Assembly (NCBI GenBank): GCA_963728915.1
Contig: CAVSLV010000004.1
Location: 320,001-384,000 of the forward strand
Reading direction: 5' to 3'
DNA from: an uncultured Gemmatimonadales bacterium
Lineage (GTDB): Bacteria; Gemmatimonadota; Gemmatimonadetes; Gemmatimonadales; GWC2-71-9
Length of the DNA: 64,000 nt
Under the pieces are notes generated by a model. It was not told where the DNA came from. It ran no database searches and saw only the letters and a program-made list of their open reading frames with translations. The stretch's first letter is position 1. Each line of letters starts with the position of its first letter. Below are positions 51,177 to 63,145 of the stretch, piece after piece. The translations under genes and the position numbers were made by a program.

Positions 51177-53773
51177 ATGAGCACCATCGCTGCCTTGAAC
51201 GCGGCGCTCGGCGAGCGCTACCAGATCGAGCGCGAGCTCGGCCAGGGCGGCATGGCCACAGTCTATCTCGCCGCCGATGTGCGGCATCAGCGCAAGGTCG
51301 CCATCAAGGTCCTGCGCCCCGAACTCGCCGCGGTGATCGGTGCCGAGCGTTTCGTTCGCGAGATCCAGACCATCGCGACCCTGCAACATCCCCATATCCT
51401 CGGGTTGATCGACAGCGGCGAAGTCCAGGGCACCGCCTACTACGTGATGCCCTTCGTCGAGGGGGAAAGTCTGCGGGACCGGCTGACCCGGGAGAAGCAG
51501 CTCCCGGTGGACGACGTCGTGCGGATCGGTACCGAGGTGGCCGGGGCCCTCGACTACGCCCACCGGCACGGGGTGATTCACCGGGACATCAAACCCGAAA
51601 ACATCCTGCTCCATGACGGCTCGGCCCTCGTGGCCGACTTCGGGATCGCGCTCGCGGTGAGCAGCGCCGGCACCCGGATGACCGAAACCGGGATGTCGCT
51701 CGGCACGCCGCATTACATGAGTCCCGAGCAGGCCATGGGCGAGCGCGAGTTGGGACCGCGGTCGGATGTGTACGCGCCTGGGATGCGTGTTATACGAGAT
51801 GCTGCTCGGGGAGCCGCCGTTTACCGGTCCCACCGCGCAGGCGATCATCGCCCGGGTGGTGACCGACGCGCCGAGGCCGATCAGCGTGCAGCGAAAGTCG
51901 GTTCCCCCAGAGGTCGAAGGCGCGGTGCTCAAGGCGCTGGAGAAGCTCCCCGCCGACCGGTTCGGCACCGCCCGGGAGCTTGCCGATGCGCTGAGCGGCA
52001 AAGCGACACTCACGAAACCGGTACGGTCGGAATCGCGGGCGCGTGGCTCCTGGAGCCCAGGCAGGATGATCGCCGTGGCGGTAGCCGCGGGTGCGGCGGC
52101 GGGGCTCCTGGCCTACCAGATCGCCGGGCGCTCCGGAGGGGAACCGGTCAATTCAATGGACCGGCGGATTGCTTGGTGGCCCCGAGACCGCGTTCGGGGT
52201 CCGGGTTTCTCCCGATGGTGAGACAGTTGCCTTTCAGGCGATGATCGACGGTCAGACCCAGGTTGCCGTGCTCAAGCCAGGTTCGGGCGACTGGTCGGTG
52301 CTCACCCGCGATCGCGACCACGGGATCGCCCAGGAGCTCGCATGGGCCAGGGATGGAAGCAGGATCTTCTTCGCCCGCTTCTTCGAAGTGCCCCGAGGAA
52401 TCTGGAGCATCTCTCCCCTGGGCGGCGAGGAGCGATTGGTGCTCGAGAATGCGGGCAATCCGGAGCCGCTTCCGGATGGGAGCCTGCTGGTGAGCCGGTT
52501 GAACTCCGCCCGCCGCCTCCAACTGTACCGGTACTGGCCGGACCGGAACCAGCTCGACACTCTCGACGCCACCAGCTCTTTCTCCTGGCAGGGCGCCGAG
52601 TTTCGGGCCTTCCCGGATGGGAAGCGGGTCGTGTACCTGGGCCGCCCCGCCAGGGATACGAGCGGCGGGGAACAGGTGCGCGTGCTGGACCTCACCACCG
52701 GCCGTTCGCGGGTGGTGCTCACGGACAGCAGTTACGCAGTGGGGTTCCGTGGATTCTCCATCTCACCCAACGGCAGGTGGATAATATCCTCCCGAAATGC
52801 GGGGAGCCTGACGGAATACTTTGCGATCGCCGCGGACGGGTCCGGGCGGGAGCGATCGCTCTTCAGTGCCACCGGGTATACCCAGTGGGGACCCGATGTC
52901 GGCCCCGATGGAAGCCTCTACTTCGATCAGGGGCAGAGGGTTCTCGAGATTCATCGCTACAAGCCCCCGGCGGGCGCACTCGAGCGAACCGCCGTCGGAA
53001 CCTACATCCCGGGAGGGTTCGCGCTCGCCCTTCCCGACGGCCGGGTCCTCGCGGTGGCGGGTTCCGGAGGCAAGTACCGGATCATGGTGGTTGCGGGGGC
53101 GGGGACGGGCCGGCCATTCGTCGCGACCGACGAAGCCAACGGGAGCTCCAGGCGATGGTGGGATCAGACCACGTCGTGTTCAAGATTCTCCAGGGGAGCC
53201 GGCCCGTCGAAATCGCGGTGGCCTCGGTCCAGACCGGCCGAGTGGTGAATCGATTCCCGATTGCCGATGCGACTACGCTCGCCGGCTCGGTGGATGGAAA
53301 GACGATCTTCTTCGGGAAAGGCGGTCAAATCTGGCGGCTGCCGGTCGCGGGCGGAACACCGGAACGGTTCACGCCCGGAGACGGGATGGCGGTGGATCCC
53401 CGCGGCAACGACCTCGTGGTCCAGCGGATCGATGAGGCGGGGGTTCACCTCCTCCGGGTCCCGCTCGATGGCGGCCCGGAACAGGAGATCCCGGTGCGAG
53501 GCGACCTGCGCCTGGCCCCTTTCCCCATGCATCCTGGCGGGGTGGGACCGGATGGCCGGATCGTGCTCCAGGTGGTCTCTCCCGCGGTCGTGGTTCTGGC
53601 CGGCGGCCATTCTCGATCCCACCACGGGAAAGCTGGAGCTCACCCCATCGGGTCGGACGTATGACATGTCTGCCCAATGGACCGCGGACGGGAGCATCGT
53701 GAGCTCGGCGTTGCCCCTGGAAGCGCGACTTTGGCGTCTTATGGCAACCGGTAATCGAAAGTGGTGGGAGTAA
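51177..53773 (+). CDS. Ser/Thr protein kinase with C-terminal TolB-like beta-propeller (about 4 frameshifts)
   Basis: LGQGGMATVY, HRDIKPEN, DFG, GTPHYMSPEQ; SPDG-type repeats across consecutive frames. Confidence 0.85.
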
Positions 53774-53848
53774 AGACTTCGGCGTGAGCCAAACCGTCGC
53801 GACCGGGCGGTCATGCCGCTAGTTTTCCGCCCTCTCCAGGGAGCCTGA

Positions 53849-55028
53849 ATGGGATTCGAAGGGGTGGATTTCTACGGCGTCGATGGGTTGTTCTCCGAGG
53901 AGGAGCGCGCCGTGCGCGACACGGTGCGCGCCTGGGTCGAGGAGAACCTGATCCCGATCATCGGGGACTGCTACATCGAAGGGCGCTTTCCGAAGGAGTT
54001 GATCCCCGGGCTCGCCGAGCTGGGCGTGTTCGGCGCGAATCTGCCGGAAGAGTATGGCTGCGCCGGGCTCAACAACGTGGCCTACGGGCTCATCATGCAG
54101 GAGCTCGAGCGGGGCGACAGCGGGATTCGCTCCTTCGCGTCGGTACAGGGCGCGCTGGTGATGTATCCGATCTACGCCTTTGGATCCGACGAGCAGAAGA
54201 AGCACTGGCTGCCACGACTGGCGTCGGGGAAAGAGATCGGATGCTTCGGGCTCACCGAACCCGACTACGGTTCGAATCCGGGCGGGATGATCACCACCGC
54301 GAAAGAAACCAGGGACGGCTGGGTCCTGAACGGCACCAAGATGTGGATCACCAACGGGAGCCAGGCCACCGTCTCGGTGATCTGGGCCAAGACCGGCCCG
54401 ATCGACGACGCCAAGTCCATTCGCGGGCTTCATCGTGCCGACTTCGACCAAGGGCTACGCCGCGAAGGACCAGAAGGGCAAGCTCTCGCTCCGCGCCAGC
54501 GACACCAGCGAGATCCACCTCGACGAGGTGCTGGTTCCCAAAGACGCCATCCTCCCGAAGAGCGGCGGGCTCAAGAGCCCGCTTTCCTGCCTGACCCAGG
54601 CCCGGTACGGCATCGCCTGGGGAGCGATCGGCGCCGCGATGGCGTGTTATGACGAGGCGCTCCGGTACGCGAAAGAGCGGGTAATGTTCGGGAAGCCGAT
54701 CGGCGCGACCCAGATCCAGCAGGTCCGGCTCGCCGAGATGCTGACCGAAATCACCAAGGCCCAGTGCCTGACCCTCCAGCTCGGCAGGCTCAAGGACGCC
54801 AGGACCATGACGCCGCAGCAGGTGTCCCTCGCCAAGCGGAACAACGTCGACATGGCCTGCGAATGCGCCCGGGAGGCCCGTCGCCTGCTCGGGGCGAATG
54901 GCATCCTCGCCGAGTACCACTCGATGCGCCACCTGGCGAATCTGGAGTCGGTGTACACTTACGAAGGGACCCACGACATGCACTCGCTGATCCTGGGTGA
55001 GGAGATCACGGGGCATGCGGCGTACTAG
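53849..55028 (+). CDS. Acyl-CoA dehydrogenase, glutaryl-CoA dehydrogenase-like (frameshift near 54430)
   Basis: CFGLTEPDYGS, GTKMWITNG, ARYGIAWG, YTYEGTHD. Confidence 0.9.
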
Positions 55029-55118
55029 AGGTCTGAGAGGCTGAATGCTCCCTCGCTTTCCGACCTCCAGACCTCCGGTCCAGACCTCCAGACCTCCAGA
55101 CCATCACGAGGTCTTCCT

Positions 55119-55872
55119 ATGCGAATAGCTGTGCTTCTCAAGCGGGTCCCCGATACCGAATCCCGCTTCGCCATCGCCGCCGATGGGAAATCCATCGACA
55201 CCGCCGGACTCAAGTTCGACATGAGCGATTTCGACGGCTATGCCCTCGAAGTCGCGCTCCGGCTCAACGAGAAGCAGGGCCCCGGCGAAACCGTGGTGAT
55301 CTCCCTGGGTCCTGAGGGCACCCAGGAGATCCTCCGCAAGGCGCTCAGCATCGGCGCCGATCGGGGGGTCCATCTGGTGTGCGACTCCATTCCCGCCGAT
55401 GGCCTCGTGATCGCCCGGGCGCTTGCGGCCGAGCCTCAAGGACCAGGGATACGATCTCATCCTGTTCGGCCGTAATGCCACCGATACCGGCGCGGCCACC
55501 GTGGGCGCAATGACCGCCACGCTCCTCGACCTCGCCTGCGTCACCGCGGTTTCCTGGCTCGAGATCGAGGGCGGCAAGGGGACCGCGCATCGCGAGCTCG
55601 AGGGGGTCACCGAGACGGTGACCTTCCCGCTCCCCGCGGTGCTCACCATCGACGAAGGCATCGCCCGGCCCCGACTCCCCTCGCTCAAGGGAATCATGGC
55701 GGCCAAGAAGAAGCCGGTCGAATCGCGCGCCGTTTCTCTCGGCGAATCGCGGGTCCGGATCGTGAAGATGGAGCTGCCCCCGGAGCGGTCGGGCGGCCGG
55801 ATCGTCGGCGAGGGGGCCGATGCCGTGCCGGAGCTGGTGCGGCTGCTGCACGACGAAGCGAAGGTGATCTGA
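55119..55872 (+). CDS. etfB: Electron transfer flavoprotein beta subunit (frameshift near 55430)
   Basis: KRVPDT, ALEVALRL, GADRG; PRLPSLKGIMAAKKKP. Confidence 0.92.
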
Positions 55873-55874
55873 CC

Positions 55875-56861
55875 GTGGCCGACCTGCTGGTGGTCGGGGA
55901 AGCGCGTGGCGGGGTGCTGCGGCGGGTCTCCCTCGAAACGGTGACCGCCGCGCGCCAGGCCGTGCCCGCCGGGACGGGCCAGGTGCACGTGCTGCTCATC
56001 GGCGGGCAGGGCATCGGCAACCGGGCCCGGGAGCTCGCGGGTTATGGGGCGGACCTGGTGATCGTGGTGGAGCACCCGGGTCTCGAGCTCTACCATCCGG
56101 AAAGCGTCGCCGCGACCGTCGCGGCGCGGCTCCAGGCGGGGGGCTACCGCGCCGTGCTGTTCCCCGCCTCGGCCCAGGGGCGTGACCTCGCGCCTCGGGT
56201 TGCCGCGCTGGTCGGCGCCGGGCTCCTGGCGGATGTGGTGGAGTTCCGCATCGAAGCAGACGCGGTGGTGGCCCGGCACCCCATGTATATCGGCAAGACG
56301 GTCGCCACGCTGCGGCTGGAGGGGAGCCCTGCCCTGATCTCCCTCCGGCCCGGCGCCGTCGCGGCCGCCGAGCAGTCGGTACCGCTCAAGACCGAGACCA
56401 TGGCCCCGGCCAGGGATCCCTCCTCCGCCCGGGTCGTGGTGACCGGCCTTTCCGAGCGCGCCGCCGCGAAGCTCGACCTGGGCGAGGCGCCCATCATCGT
56501 GAGCGGCGGCCGCGGGCTCAAGGCCGCCGAGCATTTCCCCATGCTCGAGGAGCTGGCCTCCGCGCTCGGCAATGCCGCGGTCGGGGCGACCCGCGCGGTC
56601 ACCGACGATGGATGGCGCCCCGCCACCGACCAGATCGGGCAGACCGGGCGGCTGGTGAGCCCCGACCTCTACATCGCGATCGGGATCTCGGGGGCGATCC
56701 AGCATCTCGCCGGCATGCGCACCTCGCGAGTGATCGTTGCCATCAATCGGGACAAGGACGCCCCCATCATGAAGATCGCCGACTACGCCATCGTGGGCGA
56801 CTTGTTCGAAATCGTGCCCCGCCTGATCGAGGAGATCCGGAAAGTCCGCGCCACCAGGTAA
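55875..56861 (+). CDS. etfA: Electron transfer flavoprotein alpha subunit
   Basis: VSGGRG, QIGQTG, GISGAIQHLAGM, AINRDKDAPI. Confidence 0.96.
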   Translation: MADLLVVGEARGGVLRRVSLETVTAARQAVPAGTGQVHVLLIGGQGIGNRARELAGYGADLVIVVEHPGLELYHPESVAATVAARLQAGGYRAVLFPASAQGRDLAPRVAALVGAGLLADVVEFRIEADAVVARHPMYIGKTVATLRLEGSPALISLRPGAVAAAEQSVPLKTETMAPARDPSSARVVVTGLSERAAAKLDLGEAPIIVSGGRGLKAAEHFPMLEELASALGNAAVGATRAVTDDGWRPATDQIGQTGRLVSPDLYIAIGISGAIQHLAGMRTSRVIVAINRDKDAPIMKIADYAIVGDLFEIVPRLIEEIRKVRATR

Positions 56862-56877
56862 TTCAGGAGAACGCCGA

Positions 56878-58878
56878 ATGTCAGGTCCGTTGCGAATCCT
56901 TGGTTTTGGGCTGCTGGTCGCGAGCGCAGCCCAGGCGCAAGGCAACTCACCGTCCCGGCCGGGAGCCGCGCCTCCCGAGCGCACGGTTCGCCGCACCATC
57001 CCGCTCACCAACACGATTGAGCGTGCCTTCGCGGCGGGAACCCGCGACTCGACCGGAAGGCCGGGGCCCAAGTACTGGCAGCAGTGGACCGAGTACACCA
57101 TCAACGCCCGGCTCGATGTCCCGACCAACACAATCTCCGGGCGGGAGACCGTGGTCCTTCACAACAACAGCGACTCGGCCCTCCGGATCCTCGCGCTGCG
57201 GCTCGATCAGAACATCTTCAATGCCCGGGCGGCCCGGAGTGACTTCCTCCAGGAAACCATCGAAGTCACCCAGGGCATGCGGGTGACCCGACTGGCGGTG
57301 AACGGCCAGCCGGTGAACCTGAGTCCGCCACGGAGTCCCCGGGGCGGGGTCTCCACCACGGCAGGTCCGGGAGCGGTCGGACTGGATCAGACCGTCGCGG
57401 AGATTTTCCTCCAGGCGCCGATTCCGGCCCATCAGACCGTGACCCTGGAAGCCGAGTGGAGCTTCGAGGTTCCCGACGTATCACAGGGGCGGGGGATCCG
57501 CATGGGTCGGCAGGCGGATTCGCTCTACCAGGTGGCGCAGTGGTATCCCCGGGTCGCGATGTACGATGACCTTCGGGGCTGGGATACCGAGCCGTATCTG
57601 GGCCAGTCGGAGTTCTATAACAATTTCGGCCACTGGGACGTGAGTCTCGACGTGCCCGCGGGCTGGGTGGTCGGGGCGACCGGAACGCTTCAGAATCCGG
57701 AGCAGGTGCTGAGCGCCACGACGCGCGAACGGCTGGCGGGAGTGACCCGGTCGGACGAGCAGCAGACCATCGTCGGCGCTGGCGAGATGGGGGCCGGCAA
57801 ATCCACGGTCGCTGGCGATCGCCTGGTCTGGCATTTCACCGCCGACACCGCGGGCGATTTCGCGTGGGCCACCTCGAGGAGCTACGTGTGGGACGCCACC
57901 CGGGCCACGATACCGGGTCGGGGAGCCGTCCCGGTCCACATACTCTATCTCCCCGGCGACAGCGCCTTCAGGCGGGCCGGCGCGGTGGTGCGGCATGCGC
58001 TGGAGTTCTACTCGAAACTCTGGATGCCCTACGCCTTCCCGCAGATGACCATTACCGACGGTCCCGAGCTGGGCATGGAGTATCCGATGTTCATCATGTC
58101 GGGAATCGGGGCGGCGGACCATGAAACCGGCCACCAGTGGTGGCCGATGATGGTCGGGGTCAACGAGACCTGGTACGGCTGGATGGACGAGGGCTTCAAT
58201 CAATACATGAACATTCTCTCCGGAGCCGACCTCCGGGGACTTCGGACGACGCTGGACGGGTGGGGCCAGCAGTATGGCCGAACCAGCGGGGATGAGCTCG
58301 AATCGCCCATGATGTGGCCGGCGAACTACCAAGGGCCCTTCTACGGGTTCACGACGTACCTCAAGGCGCCGGAGATGCTGTCGATGCTGGGCGGCATCGT
58401 GGGCGACAGCGCGGTGCAACACGCGATGAGCGAGTACGCTCACACCTGGCGGTTCAAGCACCCATCGCCCTGGGACTACGTCTTCTTCATGGATCGAGCG
58501 CTCGGCCGGGATCTCGGCTGGTTCTGGTACTACTGGCTGTTCACGACCGACGCGGTCCGGAGCTCGATCGAAAACGTAGTGGCCGCCGGCCACCGAAGTA
58601 CGGTGACCATCCACCAGGATGGAGAGATGCCGTCTCCGGTGGTGCTCCAGGTTCAGTTTGCGCCTCAGGGGCCGGCGATCAAGCCGATGCCCAACTCCCG
58701 CATGACCGACAGCGTCACCGCGATCGTCACCTGGCCGGTCGATGTCTGGTTCGGAGGCAGGAGGAGGTTCGACGCGGTGCTCGACTTCGGAGCGCGGAAG
58801 ATCACCCGGATCGTGCTGGATCCGTTCCGGCGCTTCCCCGATCAGGACGCCCGAGACAACGCCTGGCCCCGGCCGTGA
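56878..58878 (+). CDS. M1 family zinc metallopeptidase
   Basis: YWQQ, QWYPR, GMEYP, HETGH-x18-E (WMDEGF), FKHPSP. Confidence 0.9.
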   Translation: MSGPLRILGFGLLVASAAQAQGNSPSRPGAAPPERTVRRTIPLTNTIERAFAAGTRDSTGRPGPKYWQQWTEYTINARLDVPTNTISGRETVVLHNNSDSALRILALRLDQNIFNARAARSDFLQETIEVTQGMRVTRLAVNGQPVNLSPPRSPRGGVSTTAGPGAVGLDQTVAEIFLQAPIPAHQTVTLEAEWSFEVPDVSQGRGIRMGRQADSLYQVAQWYPRVAMYDDLRGWDTEPYLGQSEFYNNFGHWDVSLDVPAGWVVGATGTLQNPEQVLSATTRERLAGVTRSDEQQTIVGAGEMGAGKSTVAGDRLVWHFTADTAGDFAWATSRSYVWDATRATIPGRGAVPVHILYLPGDSAFRRAGAVVRHALEFYSKLWMPYAFPQMTITDGPELGMEYPMFIMSGIGAADHETGHQWWPMMVGVNETWYGWMDEGFNQYMNILSGADLRGLRTTLDGWGQQYGRTSGDELESPMMWPANYQGPFYGFTTYLKAPEMLSMLGGIVGDSAVQHAMSEYAHTWRFKHPSPWDYVFFMDRALGRDLGWFWYYWLFTTDAVRSSIENVVAAGHRSTVTIHQDGEMPSPVVLQVQFAPQGPAIKPMPNSRMTDSVTAIVTWPVDVWFGGRRRFDAVLDFGARKITRIVLDPFRRFPDQDARDNAWPRP

Positions 58879-58924
58879 CCGCGATTCTTGCGTGGGATCC
58901 GCCGGACCGGTATCGTTTGCTGCC

Positions 58925-60313
58925 ATGAGTGGTCCAGCGTTCGTTCCCGCGGTCCCTCCCCCGGCGGCGCTCCGGCGGCCCCCCCCGCTCATACCCACCT
59001 TCCCCACTGGCTGCTCGCCTGCATCGCCGGCCCGGACCGGGGTAAGCAGCTCGCCGTCAACGGTCCCGAGATCCTGACCATCGGGCGCGCCCCGGATTCC
59101 AGTCTCCTGAGCGAGGATCCCGAGGTCTCCGAGCGGTTCGCGACGGTGCAGCTCCAGGGCGCCGCCCTTCATCTCCGGGGTCTGGGTGATACCCTCCCGT
59201 ACATCGACGGACACTCGCGCATGGAAGCGCTCCTGGTGCCGGGCCAGCAGATCCGGATGGGGAAGTCGCTCTGGCAGGTGAGCGGGCCGGGCTCCGGCTC
59301 CGGTCCCGGGGTCTTTGGCCTGGTGGGCAAACTGGGCGACCGGCTCAACCTGATCGCGGGGCTCGAGAAGCCGAGCGATTTCCGTCCCGCCGAGATGTTT
59401 TCGGAGGTGATCAAGCGGCACCCCGACGAGGAGGTCGAGGCCTACTTCACCGTGGGCACCGCCACCACGACGCCGCAGCTCCTCTCGATCGACTGCGAAC
59501 TGGCCCAGGCCCTGGATGTTCGTCCGGGTGCTGGTGATGTCCCTGATCCTCTACGTCGGATTCCTCTGGGTCTACGATCAATTCGAGAACATCCGGCTTC
59601 TGCCCGGCCTCATCATGACCGGCTCAGTGGCGGTGCCGTTCGCGCTGCTGATCTTCTTCTTCGAAGCGAACGTGCCCCGCAACATCTCCCTCTACCAGGT
59701 GATCAAGCTGGTGGCGCTGGGCGGGCTGGTGTCGATCATCATCTCGCTCTTTTTCTTCCAGTGGACCGGCCTGGACAGCTGGATGGGGGCCGCGGCGGCG
59801 GGCATCGTTGAGGAGAGCGGCAAGGCGCTGACCCTGCTCCTGGTGGTGACCCGTCCCCGCTACCGCTGGACCCTGAACGGGCTGCTCCTCGGCGCGGCGA
59901 TCGGGACCGGCTTCGCGGTGTTCGAGTCGGCGGGTTATGCGCTCGATTTCGGACTCCAGGACAACAGCATTCAAACGATCCGGGACATCATCCTGCAACG
60001 GGGCCTGCTCAGCATCCTGGGCGGACACACCTTGTGGACCGGTCTGGTGGGCGCGGCGCTCTGGCGGGTTCGCGGCAACCGGAAGTTCAGCCCCGGCATG
60101 TTCTTCGACGCCCGATTTCTCCGGGTCTTCGGGCTCTGCGTCGTGATGCACATGATCTGGAACGCGCCCTTCGACCTTCCCGCGTACCTCAAGAACATCG
60201 GCCTCGGGGTGCTGGTGTGGTTCCTGATCATCGAGATGCTGAATGCCGGGCTCAAGGAGGTGAAGGTCGCCCAGATCGAGGAGGCGACCGGACAGCACCC
60301 GGCCCCCACTTGA
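58925..60313 (+). CDS. FHA domain + PrsW family intramembrane protease (frameshifted)
   Basis: IGRAPDS..PEVS FHA-like segment; EESGK, GFAVFES, GHTLW, MHMIWN PrsW motifs. Confidence 0.8.
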
Positions 60314-61960
60314 TGGGGACGTTCGTTCCGCTCCGTCATCAGGCTCCCCTTCCGCTCGACCGATTCATTGTTTCCGATCCTCCCGGTGAGGAGGCGCTTC
60401 CTCTCGATGTCCTGATCGTCGGGGCTGGGCCCGCCGGGCTGGCCGCGGCGATCGAGCTGGCCAACCTCTCCAGGCGGAACGACACCGAGCTGGCCCTCGG
60501 GGTGCTCGAGAAGGCCGGGGCCCTCGGTGAGCATTGCCTTTCCGGCGCCGTGGTCAACCCCGCTGCTTTTCGAGAGCTGTTTCCGAGCCTCGCTCCTTCC
60601 GAGCTTCCCTTCCGGGGCCCCGTGACCCGCGAAGAAGTCCGCCTCCTCACCCAGCGGGGCGGATTCCGGATTCCGACCCCGCCCACCATGCGCAATCATG
60701 GGAACCAGCTCGCCTCGCTCTGCGAGATCGTGCGCTGGCTGGGGGAGAAGGCTGAAGGTCTGGGTGTGGATCTCTTCACCGGGTTCCCGGCCGATTCGCT
60801 CCTGGTCGAGGGGACCCGGGTCCGCGGGGTCCGCACCACCCCCGCGGGACTGGATCGGACCGGCGCGCCCGGCGGCGAGTATCAGCCCCCGACCGATCTC
60901 ACCGCCCGGATCGTGATCCTGGCCGAGGGCACCCGCGGCGCCCTGAGCCAGGCCTGGCGGACCTGGCGTGGGGTGGCAAGCCCTAACCCGCAAATCTTTG
61001 CCCTCGGCGTGAAGGAGGTCTGGCGGGTGGCCCGCCCGCTCGACCGGGTGGTGCACACCCTGGGGTGGCCGGTGCCGCTGGACGCCTTCGGCGGAAGCTT
61101 CCTGTATCCGATGGCCGGCGACCAGGTCGCGCTCGGACTGGTCGCGGGGCTGGACGCCCGGGATCCCGGCTTCGATGTCCACGAGCTGCTTCAGCGCATG
61201 AAGCTCCACCCCGTGTTCCGGCGGGTTCTCGAGGGCGGCGAGCTGCTCGAGTGGGGCGCCAAGACCATTCCCGAAGGCGGATACTGGAGCCTGCCGGATC
61301 GCCTCTCCGGAGACGGCCTGATCACCGTGGGGGACTGCGCCGGCCTGGTGGACGTCGCGTCGCTCAAGGGCATTCACTACGCCATGCACTCGGGCCTGCT
61401 CGCGGCGCGCGCGGCGTTTCGGGCCCTCGAGACCGACGGGGTCTCCGGCGGCCCCGAAGGTCTGGGCGGCTTCGACCGGAGCATCCGGGAGAGCTACATT
61501 GTGTCTGATCTCAAGCGAACCCGGAACATGCGCCTGGTGTTCAAGCACGGCTTCCTGCGGGCCGGTCTGGAGAATGCCCTGCTCACCCTGAGCGGAGGGC
61601 GGTTTCCCGGCGGGCGGATCGCGATCCAGGAAGACGCCGCGGTGGCCCGCCACCCCGACGGCGGCTCCTCGCCGCTGGTCCCCGACGGCAAGCTCACCAT
61701 GAGCAAGCTCGACGCGGTCTTCAAGTCGGGCAACGCCACCCGGGACACGATCCCGACGCCACCTCCTTCCCGGGCCCGGGATCGACGCCGAGCTGGCGCG
61801 GTTCTACGCCCACGTGTGTCCCGCCGGAGTCTATGAGGCGACCGGTGAAGGGCTCCGCACCAACGCGCCCAACTGCGTTGACTGCAAGGCGACCGATGTC
61901 CTCGGTCCTCGCTGGACCCCGCGAGAGGGCGGCAGCGGCCCCCGCTACCGGTTGATGTGA
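60313..61960 (+). CDS. ETF-ubiquinone oxidoreductase (FixC/FixX-like; frameshift near 61760-61800)
   Basis: IVGAGPAGL, LSGAV, AKTIPEGG, KGIHYAM; hand-translated tail HVCPAGVYE..NCVDCKATD..PREGGSGPRY. Confidence 0.9.
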
Positions 61961-63135
61961 TGCGCGACAATCGCGACAATCGCAAGGAGCGGAGCGACTT
62001 CTGGGGCCCGCCCGACGCCGACATGCTGGAGAGCGCGGTCGCGGCGGAGCCGATGATCGCGAAGGCGCGCCTGGGCCTCACCCTGGCGTTGCTGATCATC
62101 CCGTTCGCCAACCTGGTCCTGACCCTGCCCCGGGAAGGCCGGGGGCAGTACGTCGGGATCGGCGTGATCCTCGCCGCGACCGTGCTGGCCGCGACTACCA
62201 ACATGCTGGCCGCCCGCGCCCTCCACCGCTCGTGGCTCCCCTTCGTCACCAGCATGCTCGACGTGACGCTGGTGAGCATCGCGCTGTACGGCTTCAGTAT
62301 CCTGGGCGATCCCCACCAGGCGGTGAACAACAAGGTCGCGTTCGAGACCTATTTCCTTGCGATCGGGGCGACCTGCCTTCGCTACGATCCCCGGCTCTCG
62401 ATCGTGGCCGGAGTCACCGCCATGGCGGAGTACGGGGCGATCGCGCTCTGGGTGGTGCTGGGCCACGACCTGACCAGCACCGAGTACGCCCCGTGGTCCT
62501 ACGGCCGGTTCGACTGGACCGACCAGGTGGCCCGGATCTTTCTGCTCGGTCTCTTCAGCGGGTTATGCATCGTGATCGTGACCCGGCTCCGCGGCCAGCG
62601 GCGGATGTCGAGCTACGATGCCCTGACCGGGCTGCTCAACCGGGCCTACTTCGAGCAGTTCCTCGCCGCGGAGATCCGCCGCTCCAAGCGGAACGGCGAC
62701 CCGATCTCCGCCGCCATGGTGGACCTGGACCGGTTCAAGCACTTCAACGACACCTACGGGCACGCCGCCGGCGACGAAGCCCTCCGCATCGTCGCGGGGG
62801 TCATGCGGCGTTCGGTGCGCCGGAGCGATCTGGTCGCGCGGTATGGCGGCGAGGAGCTGGTGCTGGTGATGCCCCGCACCACCCTGGAGCAGGCCCACAA
62901 ACGGCTGGAGTCGATTCGGGAAGCGGTCGCGGGCGGCGCGGTGCCGCTCCCCAAGCGCGAGAAGAGCGTCGGGGTCACCGTGAGCGCGGGGGTGGCCTCC
63001 TGGCCCACCGACGGGGAAAACCCCGAAGACCTGATTCACATCGCGGATGCGCGGCTGTTCCAGGCCAAGGCCCTGGGACGCAATCGGGTGGTGGCCACCA
63101 GCGACGCCGCGGCGGCGGTGCAGGCCACCAGCTGA
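61960..63135 (+). CDS. Membrane-bound diguanylate cyclase
   Basis: About 6 TM helices; DALTGLLNR, DLDRFKHFNDTYGH, RRSD I-site, RYGGEE. Confidence 0.92.
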   Translation: MRDNRDNRKERSDFWGPPDADMLESAVAAEPMIAKARLGLTLALLIIPFANLVLTLPREGRGQYVGIGVILAATVLAATTNMLAARALHRSWLPFVTSMLDVTLVSIALYGFSILGDPHQAVNNKVAFETYFLAIGATCLRYDPRLSIVAGVTAMAEYGAIALWVVLGHDLTSTEYAPWSYGRFDWTDQVARIFLLGLFSGLCIVIVTRLRGQRRMSSYDALTGLLNRAYFEQFLAAEIRRSKRNGDPISAAMVDLDRFKHFNDTYGHAAGDEALRIVAGVMRRSVRRSDLVARYGGEELVLVMPRTTLEQAHKRLESIREAVAGGAVPLPKREKSVGVTVSAGVASWPTDGENPEDLIHIADARLFQAKALGRNRVVATSDAAAAVQATS

Positions 63136-63145
63136 CCGGAAGTCC

